Shown here: one piece after another, positions 37,102-46,508 of the stretch
Position numbering within the stretch: the first letter of the stretch is position 1
Layout: the number at the start of each line of letters is the position of its first letter
Origin: Candidatus Kaiserbacteria bacterium
Lineage (GTDB): Bacteria > Patescibacteriota > Minisyncoccia > Phycocordibacterales > UBA2100
Length of the DNA: 64,000 nt
Direction: 5' to 3'
Assembly: GCA_021413775.1 (NCBI GenBank)
Contig: JAIOPS010000021.1
Location: forward strand, 5,014-69,013
Notes under the pieces: generated by a model
Told to the model about the DNA's origin: nothing
The model's database searches: none
The model's input: the letters and a program-made list of their open reading frames with translations, nothing else
Program-made: the position numbers and the translations under genes

Positions 37102-37341
37102 TTATACGCCGAGCAATTCTTTGAGTTTCTCCTCGTCGAATCCGACGACGACGCTGTTGTCGATTGAGATGACGGGAACGCCCATCTGGCCGCTCTTCTG
37201 AATCATCTCCTGACGCTTGGCGAGATCGGTTGCGACGTTGTAATCAGTGAATGCAACCTTATTTTCCGTGAAGAAATCCTTCGCCGCATGGCAAAAGTGG
37301 CAGGTCGGGGTCGAATAAATGGTTACTGAGTGTGTTGCCAT
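37102..37341 (-). CDS. glutaredoxin-like protein (NrdH/YruB-like thioredoxin fold)
   Basis: 79 aa; N-terminal TIYSTPTCHFCHAAKDF (CxxC); GVPVI motif of the Grx fold. Confidence 0.7.
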   Translation of the reverse strand: MATHSVTIYSTPTCHFCHAAKDFFTENKVAFTDYNVATDLAKRQEMIQKSGQMGVPVISIDNSVVVGFDEEKLKELLGV

Positions 37342-37378
37342 AGCATTGTGTTCAGTTGAGTAAAGTCACGAAAGTATA

Positions 37379-37963
37379 TCATTGTGCGCGTGCCGCCTTC
37401 AAGGCGTCCGTCCACCACAAGAGTTGCGTAATGAGCCCTTGTGCCCGTCCAACGTACGGTGCGAGCACATCATGTATCGCCTCGCCTTTCCCTGCTGCAA
37501 CGAGCACGTCATACGGCATATGGAGCGCATTCCGGATGGGTGTCATCTGCAATTCTACTGCCACTTCGCGCAGTTGTTCCACCGAACGGGCTCCGAGCGC
37601 GCTGCCGTACGAAACAAACGCGACCGGTTTATTGTTCCACTCCTGGTACACGTAATCGAGGGCATTTTTCAGAACCGCCGGATACCCGTGATTGTACTCG
37701 GGAGCGATAATAACGAAGGCGTCGCCTTCGGCAATTTTCGCCGTCCAAGCGGCTACCGCAGGATGCTCGTACGGTTTCGATTTGTGACCGGGAGTCTCTT
37801 TCTCCGCGAAAAACGGCATCGGGTACTCGCGGAGGTCCAGAATCTCCGCATCTACGTTCTCGACCGCTTTCAGATGCTCAAGCATCCAGGCGGCAGGCTT
37901 ATCGCTGAATCTGCCGTCGCGTGTCGAACCCAGAATGACTTTTACTGAGCGTTTTTTGTTCAT
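37379..37963 (-). CDS. NAD(P)H-dependent FMN reductase (flavodoxin-like, FMN_red family)
   Basis: 194 aa; KVILGSTRDGRFSDK and APEYNHGYPAVLKNALD motifs of the SsuE/YieF/ChrR family. Confidence 0.75.
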   Translation of the reverse strand: MNKKRSVKVILGSTRDGRFSDKPAAWMLEHLKAVENVDAEILDLREYPMPFFAEKETPGHKSKPYEHPAVAAWTAKIAEGDAFVIIAPEYNHGYPAVLKNALDYVYQEWNNKPVAFVSYGSALGARSVEQLREVAVELQMTPIRNALHMPYDVLVAAGKGEAIHDVLAPYVGRAQGLITQLLWWTDALKAARAQ

Positions 37964-38023
37964 AGAATATGGTGAATGAGGAGAGTAATAGCTGGAGTAT
38001 AGTTAATCACTTTACTTTGTAAA

Positions 38024-38383
38024 GTGGATAAAGCCGTGGTATCGTTGTACACAATGCTCAGGACGCCGCGTCAACGCCGAATCATCTGCAAAGATTGTCC
38101 GGTCGCAAAGGCTGCCGATCTCGTGGGAGACTCCTGTTCCCTGCTTATCGTACGCGACCTCATATCCAACCCGAGACGCTTCGGCGAACTCCAGGATTCT
38201 CTGCACGGGATATCAAGCCGTACGCTCACAAAAAAATTACAGCTGCTCGAAGAAAACGGCCTCATCGCGCGGAAGGAATTCCGCGGCAAACCGCCCGTCG
38301 TTCGTTACTCTATTACCGCCAAAGGCAAGGGCCTGACCGGTGTTATAGAAGCGATGCGGTCGTACGGTATTGCGCATCTCTAA
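38024..38383 (+). CDS. HxlR-family winged-helix transcriptional regulator
   Basis: 119 aa; CPVAKAADLVGDSCSLLIVRDL...RFGELQ...ISSRTLTKKLQLLEENGLI matches HxlR/MarR-like wHTH; divergent from the FMN reductase. Confidence 0.7.
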   Translation: MDKAVVSLYTMLRTPRQRRIICKDCPVAKAADLVGDSCSLLIVRDLISNPRRFGELQDSLHGISSRTLTKKLQLLEENGLIARKEFRGKPPVVRYSITAKGKGLTGVIEAMRSYGIAHL

Positions 38384-38395
38384 ACACGTGCGCGG

Positions 38396-40777
38396 TCACT
38401 TCCCCGCGCTTTCGTCGCGCGAAAAGAAAGTGCGGACGATAAGGAGCTGTACGAACGCGCACACTGCGGCAACGCCGCCTGCGAGACACACTGCCGCGGC
38501 TGACGGCGCGTACGTCGTATACAGAGACATGAGGAGCGGCACGTGGAAGAACACAAAGAGGAGCGCCGCAATGACGGCTCCGAGTCCGACCAATTGCCAT
38601 CGTTGCGCCCGGAACGAAATCTCCGTATAGACCTGCGGCGCAAGCAGGAAAAATCCGTATCCGAGAAATATGAAGGTAAGCACAAGAGTCGACCTCACCA
38701 TATCTTCTCCCACGAGAGAGGCACCGTAGAGGGCAACGAACACCGCGCCTGCCGCCTGCACCGGAGAGAGGGCGAGCGGTAACGGAAGAACTCTCTTGAG
38801 AAACGGTCGGGTGCTGACCGGTTTCGTATGTGCGGTCGGACGTATTGCCCAATATGAAATGAGCATGTACGGAATACCTATCGCAAAGAATGTGATGAGA
38901 GAAACGTTGAGCGGATTCAGCGGGAACGGATACCCGAGCGCGCTCAAAACAACAAACAGCATGAAGCCGAGAAATGTCTGGTTGAGAAAGATTCCGGTGT
39001 AGATTTCAATATTCTCAATCATGCTGTCCGCAAGTCTCACGCCGGCCGGCAATTCAATCAGACTGTTGCGCATAAGTACGACCGCCGCAACCTGCCGTGT
39101 CGCGGGCGCACCGTCGAACATGGCAATGCCGAGGTCGGCTTTTTTAACTGAGAGTGCATCATTGGCGCCGTCTCCGACCATCGCAGTGAATCCGCGCTCC
39201 TTGAGCACATCGATGATGCGTTCCTTTTGGTGCGGTTGAATCCGCGCAAAGATGCGGTATGCGTCGACAGATTCCCGGAACACCTCTTCGCTCCACGTAT
39301 CAATTTCCTGCCCGGTGACGACTGTGTCCGAACCCGCTATCCCGGCCCCTCTCGCTACCGCCTGTACAGTATCGGGATTATCTCCCGAGAGAACCCGTAT
39401 GCAGACCCCCCGGGACTGAAAGAAATCAACCGCATCGCGGATTCCTTCTCTCAGCTCCTGCCGCAGCACGAACACCGCGACTACCGAGAGCTTCGTTTGC
39501 GCGGAAAGTGCCGGAGGGACGACATTCCCGGGGCATTGCATCACAGTGAGTGTACGTTTGCCGCAACGTGCGTGCGTCTCGACGGTCTGTTGAAGCCACG
39601 CACGGTCAGCCTCAGTTGCACAGTGCGGGAGAAACGCCTCAGAAGAGCCCACGAGCACTGTTTCTCCGGTACCCAAGGTGTCGGATAAAGAGACGCCACC
39701 GAACCGTCTCCATGACGAAAAAGAGAGTGCGTCCTGTACGGTTTCATTTCCCGATACCTCGAGAAATTTGCGGACGGCGAGAATTGTTTCCGACGAATCG
39801 TTCGAACCGTTGATATACGCCGACGTCAGCCGCTTTGCCGTCGCTTCCGCTACCCCCTTCGGAAGCGACATTTCCTCAACCGTCGGCACATTCTCGGTGA
39901 GCGTCCCGGTTTTATCCATGCACAAATTCTTGATGCGACCGAATTTTTCGGTCGCGTTGACCTCCTGCAGCAAAACGTCCCGTCGAAGGAAATGTACCGC
40001 CCCGAACGTGAAGAGAAGTGTCGTCGACACAATGAGGCCCTGCGGCACAAGGATGCTCGCCAGCGCACCGATGGTCTCGACGACGGTGAGAGCATCGTCG
40101 TGCAGAATGTATCCTCGTGCAACTACAAACGCGATAGACGCAACGAGCACATACAGGGTGTATGTGATGACGGTGTTGATAGAGAGCTGAATGGGACTCG
40201 GATTCGCCGTATATCGCGTGAGACCGCGTGTCATATGTGCCATCGCACTTCCGTTGAATGAAGTGCCGGCACGCACGGTTCCGCGTCCGGCGGTTACAAT
40301 ACTGCCGCCCGCGACTTTCTCACCGACAGCCTTTGCAATTGAGCCGGATTCGCCGGTAAGAAGACTCTCGCTGATTTCCATGCTGTCCGATGCGGTGACA
40401 GTGCTGTCGCACGGCACTTGGTCTCCGAGTTTAAGACGCACCGCATCTCCTTCCTGAACTTTTTCAAAGAAAACCTCTTCTTCGCTGCCGTCAGCGCGAA
40501 TCCTCGTTGCCCGAAGCGCTGTCAGCTGCTGCAAGCGCTCGAGCGTAGCCCACGCACGAACGTCCTGCGCGATACCCAATACCATGTTCACAAACACAAT
40601 TGCGCCGAGAAATACGCCCTCCTGCGCACTACCGAAAAAGACAAGAAGTCCGACGACTAAGAAAATAATCGCGTTTATCGGCAGAAAAATGTGCCGTGCC
40701 GCAATAGAGGCGATGTCTGCGATTTGCCTGCGGCGGTCATTCATTCCACGTATGCTACCAGGCCAGAGACGGGACAC
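38396..40777 (-). CDS. P-type cation-transporting ATPase (type II/III-like)
   Basis: 793 aa; TGES actuator motif, DKTGTLT phosphorylation site, GDGANDA hinge, ~8 TM; no CPC/HMA heavy-metal motifs. Confidence 0.8.
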   Translation of the reverse strand: MSRLWPGSIRGMNDRRRQIADIASIAARHIFLPINAIIFLVVGLLVFFGSAQEGVFLGAIVFVNMVLGIAQDVRAWATLERLQQLTALRATRIRADGSEEEVFFEKVQEGDAVRLKLGDQVPCDSTVTASDSMEISESLLTGESGSIAKAVGEKVAGGSIVTAGRGTVRAGTSFNGSAMAHMTRGLTRYTANPSPIQLSINTVITYTLYVLVASIAFVVARGYILHDDALTVVETIGALASILVPQGLIVSTTLLFTFGAVHFLRRDVLLQEVNATEKFGRIKNLCMDKTGTLTENVPTVEEMSLPKGVAEATAKRLTSAYINGSNDSSETILAVRKFLEVSGNETVQDALSFSSWRRFGGVSLSDTLGTGETVLVGSSEAFLPHCATEADRAWLQQTVETHARCGKRTLTVMQCPGNVVPPALSAQTKLSVVAVFVLRQELREGIRDAVDFFQSRGVCIRVLSGDNPDTVQAVARGAGIAGSDTVVTGQEIDTWSEEVFRESVDAYRIFARIQPHQKERIIDVLKERGFTAMVGDGANDALSVKKADLGIAMFDGAPATRQVAAVVLMRNSLIELPAGVRLADSMIENIEIYTGIFLNQTFLGFMLFVVLSALGYPFPLNPLNVSLITFFAIGIPYMLISYWAIRPTAHTKPVSTRPFLKRVLPLPLALSPVQAAGAVFVALYGASLVGEDMVRSTLVLTFIFLGYGFFLLAPQVYTEISFRAQRWQLVGLGAVIAALLFVFFHVPLLMSLYTTYAPSAAAVCLAGGVAAVCAFVQLLIVRTFFSRDESAGK

Positions 40778-40982
40778 AACGCGTATCTATCACGGGTGCC
40801 GGGTGCGTCGGGCTCAAGAGTTTTTGTGCGGGATGCGGTAATCGGCCACGGTTACTAATTCGCTTCGCTCATAAGTACCGCCGGCCCGGGCTCGCCCGTC
40901 GCCAAGGCGACATGGCTCCGCCTTTCGATTCCCCGCGTACAGTGCGAAGGCACTGTACGCGTCCCCTCCTCACTTCGTTCGG

Positions 40983-41053
40983 TGCGGGATGCGGGAATCG
41001 AACCCGCGTCTAATGCTTGGGAAGCACTCGTTCTGCCACTGAACTAATCCCGC
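40983..41053 (-). tRNA. tRNA-Gly (anticodon CCC)
   Basis: Reverse complement GCGGGATTAGTTCAGTGGCAGAACGAGTGCTTCCCAAGCATTAGACGCGGGTTCGATTCCCGCATCCCGCA; canonical cloverleaf, anticodon loop TTCCCAA, T-loop TTCGATT. No encoded CCA. Confidence 0.85.
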
Positions 41054-41264
41054 GTACGGCATAAATCTATCACACACGATGCCTGCCAAACCAACCAAGA
41101 GCGAGCGCGGCAATGGCCTTTTGAAAACCCCGCAGGTTCTAACGACCTCAAGCGAGTGCGGACGTGTTCTTTTCCGTCTTGTGCCTCGCCCGTCGGGGCC
41201 GAGATTGAGCGCTGGCGCAGCAGCGCCAGATAGCGACGGAAAAGCACACGTCCGCCGAGCGCGA

Positions 41265-41639
41265 CTACCACCAGGTAAACGCTTTCTTCAATTTCTGCAT
41301 GAGAGAGGTCGAAGTCGCAACGGGCTCCGGCGCGACAGGCTCCACGATGACGATGAGTCCTTCTCCCTGTTTACCCACGTCGTACTGTTCCCGCAGAAGC
41401 TCTTCTCGGCCGCGGTCAGTTTTGAGCTTGGCGGTCTCGTCGTCGAGCCTCGCTGATTGCTGAGCCAGTGAATCGCGCTGCAGCTCAGCCTCTCTGCGGA
41501 GCTGATGTGACTCGCGTTCCTTGCCATAGACCTTCCAGACACCCATGGCGACGACGACTACCACCGCGAGGAGCGCAAACGTCCCGAGCCGACGAAAGAA
41601 AAGTCGCAGCGGCTCGTTCTGATTGCGGATAGTTGCCAT
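41265..41639 (-). CDS. FtsB/DivIC-like septum-formation protein (TM + coiled coil)
   Basis: 124 aa; N-terminal TM (FALLAVVVVVAMGVW) followed by heptad-rich coiled coil (LRREAELQRDSLAQQSARLDDETAKLK). Confidence 0.45.
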   Translation of the reverse strand: MATIRNQNEPLRLFFRRLGTFALLAVVVVVAMGVWKVYGKERESHQLRREAELQRDSLAQQSARLDDETAKLKTDRGREELLREQYDVGKQGEGLIVIVEPVAPEPVATSTSLMQKLKKAFTWW

Positions 41640-41667
41640 AAATCTATCGTACCACTATACTTGGGCC

Positions 41668-41796
41668 ATGAGTTTTCTGTTTCATAAACGCACAAAAAAG
41701 GTCCTCAACATCGTCTGGGGCTTCGTGGCGGTCCTGGTCATGCTCGGCATGGTCCTCTTCTTCGCTCCCGGTTTCGTGAATTTGCTGACCCAATAA
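41668..41796 (+). CDS. possible small hydrophobic peptide (42 aa)
   Basis: ATG 41668 to TAA 41794-41796 encodes MSFLFHKRTKKVLNIVWGFVAVLVMLGMVLFFAPGFVNLLTQ; single TM; 6 nt upstream of the next plus-strand gene. Below the ORF-track size cut-off. Confidence 0.25.
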   Translation: MSFLFHKRTKKVLNIVWGFVAVLVMLGMVLFFAPGFVNLLTQ

Positions 41797-41802
41797 ACCT
41801 TA

Positions 41803-42255
41803 ATGACTATGAGAATGTCGCTGTACGGCATCATCGCGATACTCCTCGTCGGCGTTTCGGTATGGTTCATCCTGCAGAGAAACCCCGGGACCTCTCCGGT
41901 ACCGAGCGCGGCCGCCAAGCATTCCATCTCGTGGAAATTCACGGATGCCGGCGAAGACAGCCAGGCTATTCCGCATACATCTGTCACAGCGGTGGTGGAC
42001 GGTACCGAATACAACGCCGGGACATACACCGGCAACTGCAGTGAAATCGGCGCCTCCGGCGGCATCGACGGCACAGGACTTGTGCAGGGAGAGCTCTCTG
42101 GAGTCCAATGCTATTTTGCAGGCGGCGGAGATGAGATAGGTGTCTTTTCCGAAAACGGTGCTCTCGTCATCAAAAAAGGCGTACTTGATGAAGGCTCCGC
42201 GGAAATACCCGCAGTTCGCGGCAATTTCCAGACCGTGATGTCCGTGAGACTCTAG
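41803..42255 (+). CDS. hypothetical membrane-anchored/secreted protein
   Basis: 150 aa; N-terminal TM/signal anchor (LYGIIAILLVGVSVWFIL) then Gly/Thr-rich soluble domain; preferred over the overlapping minus-strand ORF 41682..42074, which lacks protein-like composition. Confidence 0.4.
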   Translation: MTMRMSLYGIIAILLVGVSVWFILQRNPGTSPVPSAAAKHSISWKFTDAGEDSQAIPHTSVTAVVDGTEYNAGTYTGNCSEIGASGGIDGTGLVQGELSGVQCYFAGGGDEIGVFSENGALVIKKGVLDEGSAEIPAVRGNFQTVMSVRL

Positions 42256-44036
42256 CTCTCACGTACAACTTTCAAAAACACATCGCTCGGTATATCGACT
42301 TTGCCCCGCGCAAGCATCTTTTTCTTTCCACGCTTCTGTTTGTCGAGGAGTTTATTCTTTCGCGATACGTCTCCGCCGTAGAGATACCCTGTGACATCCT
42401 TCCGCATCGCGGATTTTCTGCGCGAGGCGATGATTTTTCCGTCCGCCTTCGCCTGAATCTTGAGCTCGAACAACTGCCGCGGCAGGAGCTTTTCGAGTCT
42501 CTCAACCATCGCTTCCGCTTCAATTTGTACGCGTCGCTTCGATACGATGCGAGCGAATGCGGGCACAGGCTCCTCGGCGACGAGCACATCGAGCCGCATG
42601 ACATCAGCATCTTTCAAGCCCGTCAATTCGTATGAAAGCGATGCAAAACCGCTTGAAATGCTTTTCAAGCGATCGAAAAAGCCGCGCATAAGTTCACGGA
42701 GCGGCATCTGCGCGTGAATTGCGGTCTTTCCGTCAGGCAGCGTCTCCGTATTGCCGACGACCGCCTCATGCTCGTAGAGAAGCTGCGAGACGCCGCCGAT
42801 GGATTCCGGCGGTGTGAAAATAACGACATCTGCCCACATCTCCTCGACGCGTTTCGCCGTTCCTCCGTCGGGAAACTTCGCGGGCGCATAGACGTCTTCG
42901 ACTTCGCCGTTGTTCTTCGTGACCCGGTACACGGTCGTGGGCATTGTGACCACCAGTTCAAGCCCGAATTCCCTCTTGAGACGCTCAACGATGATTTCGA
43001 GGTGAAGCATGCCGAGGAAGCCGCAGCGAAAACCTCTCCCCATGACGCCCGAAGACTCTTCCTCATACGAGAGCGATGAATCCGAAAGGCGCAGTCTGTC
43101 GAGCGATTGTCTCAAAAGCGGCAAATCATCCTGTGATTCAGGATACACGCTGGCCCAAATGACGGGCGTCGGCTGCTTGTACCCGGCGAGAGCCTGTGCA
43201 CCGCCTCGAGGTGCGATGACCGTATCTCCGACGCTCGCGATGCCGGGCCGTTTGATACCGGTGACGATGTACCCGATTTCTCCCTCAACCAATTTCTCGC
43301 ACGGTTTCTCGTCCGGCATGAGAGTTCCCACTTCTACTGCGGTAAAATCTTCGTTCGCTGCGGCGAACCTCAACGAGTCCCCTTTGCGTATCGAACCGCC
43401 GAATACGCGCGCATACACGATGACACCGCGATGGTCTGAATATCCGAAATCGAAGATAAGCGCCTGCGGAGCGGAACCGGACGAAACAGGCGGCGGAATG
43501 CGTGCGACTATCTGGTCCAGGAGCTCTTTCACGCCGGCACCCGTCTTTCCGGACACGGGCAGCACCTCGGACTCTTTGCATCCGATAAGGAGGGCCAGCT
43601 CGCTCGTGATGTCCGCTACGCGGGCTGCGGGTGCGTCGATTTTTGAAACGACAGGCACGATGATGAGCCCGAGCTCGCGGGCAACGCTGAGGACGGACAA
43701 AGTCTGCGCTTCCACACCCTGTGTCGAATCCACAAGGAGAACGACTCCTTCAACGGCCTGCAGCGCCCGGGAGACTTCGTACGAAAAATCGACGTGTCCC
43801 GGTGTATCGATGAGATTGATGACGTAGTCTTTGCCGCCGCTCCCCCAGTGCATGCGTACCGGCTGCATCTTTATCGTTATGCCGCGCTCGCGCTCAAGGT
43901 CCATCCGGTCGAGAACCTGGTCCTGCATATGCCGCTTCTCGATGGTGTTCGTCAACTCGAGCATACGGTCTGCTAGCGTTGATTTGCCGTGGTCGATGTG
44001 CGCAATTATAGAAAAATTCCGTATGTTCTCGGACAT
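42252..44036 (-). CDS. lepA: elongation factor 4 (LepA)
   Basis: 594 aa; NFSIIAHIDHGKSTLADR G1 motif, DTPGHVDF, LepA-specific C-terminal domain. Confidence 0.95.
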   Translation of the reverse strand: MSENIRNFSIIAHIDHGKSTLADRMLELTNTIEKRHMQDQVLDRMDLERERGITIKMQPVRMHWGSGGKDYVINLIDTPGHVDFSYEVSRALQAVEGVVLLVDSTQGVEAQTLSVLSVARELGLIIVPVVSKIDAPAARVADITSELALLIGCKESEVLPVSGKTGAGVKELLDQIVARIPPPVSSGSAPQALIFDFGYSDHRGVIVYARVFGGSIRKGDSLRFAAANEDFTAVEVGTLMPDEKPCEKLVEGEIGYIVTGIKRPGIASVGDTVIAPRGGAQALAGYKQPTPVIWASVYPESQDDLPLLRQSLDRLRLSDSSLSYEEESSGVMGRGFRCGFLGMLHLEIIVERLKREFGLELVVTMPTTVYRVTKNNGEVEDVYAPAKFPDGGTAKRVEEMWADVVIFTPPESIGGVSQLLYEHEAVVGNTETLPDGKTAIHAQMPLRELMRGFFDRLKSISSGFASLSYELTGLKDADVMRLDVLVAEEPVPAFARIVSKRRVQIEAEAMVERLEKLLPRQLFELKIQAKADGKIIASRRKSAMRKDVTGYLYGGDVSRKNKLLDKQKRGKKKMLARGKVDIPSDVFLKVVRES

Positions 44037-44132
44037 ATCGGGACACTATACCCCAGAGCGAAACTACTGGCGACGTAGAACAAAAAATTCGGCGGACGCC
44101 CATCAGTATGTCACGGGCGGTGATTCCGCAGA

Positions 44133-45869
44133 TTACGCGCTCGTCGTAGTTCCGAGGTCCTCCGCAGAGGACGCGACGGTGACCGCTGCGGACGGCGTTC
44201 GCTTCTCCCAGATGCGCGCATGGAGTGACACGTATACCTCGGTGAATTCCCTGCTTCCGAGAATGTAATACGCGACTCCCGCAACCAGTATCCCGCATAT
44301 GCCCGCCGCAAATCCCTGGACGAATATCGAGATGGTCGTCGAAGAAACGACGAAGGAGCTCGCGAGGCTGAGGAAGATATAGCTCCCCAGTCCTCCCGCA
44401 ATCGCGGCGAGGAAGCTCTCCAGTGCGGCAGGCGCAATCTGTACCAGGAACCCCTTGAAGCGCTTTTCGAAGTGGAGCGCAAGCACCACGGCCCCCAGAA
44501 TAGTCGAGAGCGCATATGAGAACGCAAGGATGAGGACGTTGCTTCCCGGTATATCATCGACACGCAAGAGATGTTCTGTGAGATGGAGCAGTGTCTGGTC
44601 GGTCAGGATAAAGAGACCAGAGGCTCCGAGCGAGAGTGTGCCCGCCGCAACTCCTGCCGCCACCAAAAAAGGCATGAATGTTTTTCCGGCGGCGTAGTAC
44701 CCGCGGACAAGGAGGAGCATGAGACCCTGCGCTGCGAGTGCGAGTGAGAGAAGCGCAAAGGCGGCGGCCGTGAGGCGGGTATCGTCCCAATTGAATGCGC
44801 CCGAGCCGAGAATGACGCGCACGATGTGCGCGCGCAGAATGAGAATGAGAGCGCTCGCCGGCATTGACCAGAAAAATACGTACCTGGCGGCCGTCGCCAC
44901 GTGACGCACGAATTCTTCCGTCTCTCCGCGCGAGAGTGCCCGTGCAAGCGTCGGGAATGCAGCAACGGAGTACGAAGCGCCGATGACGGACAGCGGAACG
45001 GCGGCAAGATTATAGGCGAACATAAAAACCGCAATGGAGCCGGCGCTCAGCAAGCCCGCAAGAGCCGTGAGCCCCAAAAAAGCGATTTGGTTCATCGAAA
45101 GCGCGAGCGCGCGCGGCACGGACACCATCGCAGTGTGTACGAGCGCCCGCATATCGCGGAGTCTCGGAATCCGCGACAAAAATCCGTCACCGACAAGAGA
45201 CGGAATCTGTATGCTCACGTGCATAAGCGAGCCGAGGACGACTCCCCATGCAAGTCCTGCAATGCCCCATGCGGGATAGAATCCGAGCACTCCCACGATA
45301 ATGCCGAGGTTGTAGAGGAGCGGCGAAATCGCATACAGTGCATATCGCTGCCGGGCCTGTGTCACACCGGCGAGGATATTCGAGAATCCGAGAAAAATCG
45401 GCTGCAGAAGCATGATGCGCGTCAGCAGGACGAGCGTCTCACTGTAGCCGGCCGCCGCAAGTTGCGGAAAAAGCCAGGGCAGTATCACAGGTGCCCAGAG
45501 TGCCGCGATGAGCGAGACGCCGACGGCGCATACGGAGAATCCGACGATGATGGTGTCGATGTAATCTTTCTGCTCTTCTTCATTGCGTCGCGCCAACTCC
45601 GGAATAAGCATGTATACCGACACCAGCGCACCCATGGCGACGAAAATAAGGTCCGGGATGCGAAAGCCGGCATAATAAATATCGAGCGTCGTCGACGCGC
45701 CGAACGTGTGCGCAAGCAGACGGTCGCGCACAAGCGCAAGGAGCGACGAGAGCAGTGCTGCTGCGGCGAGCACATAGACCGCCGCATGCAATCCGTGCAC
45801 CTCAAGCGAAAGATACCGCATTGCAGTGCGCGCCTTCTCCCGTGCGAACTCCGTACTTCTTTGAATCAT
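44133..45869 (-). CDS. murJ: lipid II flippase MurJ/MviN
   Basis: 578 aa, ~14 TM; MurJ/MOP-superfamily sequence features. Confidence 0.85.
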   Translation of the reverse strand: MIQRSTEFAREKARTAMRYLSLEVHGLHAAVYVLAAAALLSSLLALVRDRLLAHTFGASTTLDIYYAGFRIPDLIFVAMGALVSVYMLIPELARRNEEEQKDYIDTIIVGFSVCAVGVSLIAALWAPVILPWLFPQLAAAGYSETLVLLTRIMLLQPIFLGFSNILAGVTQARQRYALYAISPLLYNLGIIVGVLGFYPAWGIAGLAWGVVLGSLMHVSIQIPSLVGDGFLSRIPRLRDMRALVHTAMVSVPRALALSMNQIAFLGLTALAGLLSAGSIAVFMFAYNLAAVPLSVIGASYSVAAFPTLARALSRGETEEFVRHVATAARYVFFWSMPASALILILRAHIVRVILGSGAFNWDDTRLTAAAFALLSLALAAQGLMLLLVRGYYAAGKTFMPFLVAAGVAAGTLSLGASGLFILTDQTLLHLTEHLLRVDDIPGSNVLILAFSYALSTILGAVVLALHFEKRFKGFLVQIAPAALESFLAAIAGGLGSYIFLSLASSFVVSSTTISIFVQGFAAGICGILVAGVAYYILGSREFTEVYVSLHARIWEKRTPSAAVTVASSAEDLGTTTSA

Positions 45870-46039
45870 ACGCTACACATGAAGTCGCGCTCGTTTATAC
45901 GTTGGATAGTATCACACCGACTTCCGCAAAATGGATTGAAACTTCTGTTCACAACAAACGAAGGCGAGCAGCACTTTCGTATTGCTCGCTTTCACTGCAT
46001 CTTTTGCAGAATACTGCGAAAGGCGATTTGTTTGCTTGG

Positions 46040-46069
46040 AAGCAGAAAAGCGAAGCATTTCTGCTTCGC
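46040..46069 (-). terminator. intrinsic terminator after rnpB
   Basis: Minus-strand GCGAAGCA-GAAA-TGCTTCGC hairpin followed by TTTTCTGCTT. Confidence 0.5.
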
Positions 46070-46077
46070 TCACTGCA

Positions 46078-46428
46078 CTGCATCGATAAGCCGGGTTCTG
46101 TGCCGTCTCTGCCTTGCGACAGAGAGGTAGCAGCCATGTATCTGGGATGAACGTTGCCGTTCACCTCAAGCGACTCTTTCGTGAAGTCCAATTGGTTCTC
46201 CACGAACACGGTCTTGCACGCAAGTAGGATTTTTGCCGTTGCACCCTCTGTGTTTCCACAAAGGCTGATCCTTGCGGATCCCCTCGCCTCTCGGCTCGGG
46301 CGTCTCTGTTCGCATCCCTGGGATTACCCCGGCGGGCGTTACCCGCTACCCTGCTCCGTATATCTTGCGAAATACGGGCGTGTCCGGACTTTCCTCTGAT
46401 TCTTGCGAACCAGCGACTGCTTAATGCA
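46078..46428 (-). ncRNA. rnpB: RNase P RNA (bacterial type A), ~350 nt
   Basis: Minus strand contains the universally conserved P4 elements GAGGAAAGUCCGGAC (5' half) and ACAGAACCCGGCUUA (3' half). Between them, CAGGGUAGCGGGUAACGCCCGCCGGGG matches E. coli CAGGGUGCCAGGUAACGCCUGGGGGGG. No credible ORF spans the region. Ends are approximate. Confidence 0.8.
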
Positions 46429-46435
46429 GAGGCTC

Positions 46436-46464
46436 ATTGTATCACTATTTACAATGACTGTAAA
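46436..46464 (-). promoter_or_regulatory. sigma70-type promoter driving rnpB
   Basis: Minus strand TTTACA (46464-46459), 17-nt spacer, TACAAT (46441-46436), placing the TSS about 46429, directly at the predicted 5' end of the RNase P RNA. Confidence 0.5.
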
Positions 46465-46508
46465 ATATGCTATAAAACAGCCCGCACAGCCTAAGAAAGG
46501 ACATTTCG

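Noticed and set aside
37382-37948. 188-aa plus-strand ORF antisense to the FMN reductase
   Set aside because: Minus-strand product has clear FMN_red family motifs; plus-strand frame is a shadow.
41682-42074. 130-aa minus-strand ORF overlapping 41803..42255
   Set aside because: Plus-strand alternative has signal-anchor + soluble domain organisation and an upstream small ORF; minus-strand frame lacks protein-like character.
44901-46130. 409-aa plus-strand ORF antisense to murJ and running into rnpB
   Set aside because: His/Arg/Lys-rich low-complexity translation, fully antisense to MurJ; the region downstream is explained by RNase P RNA.
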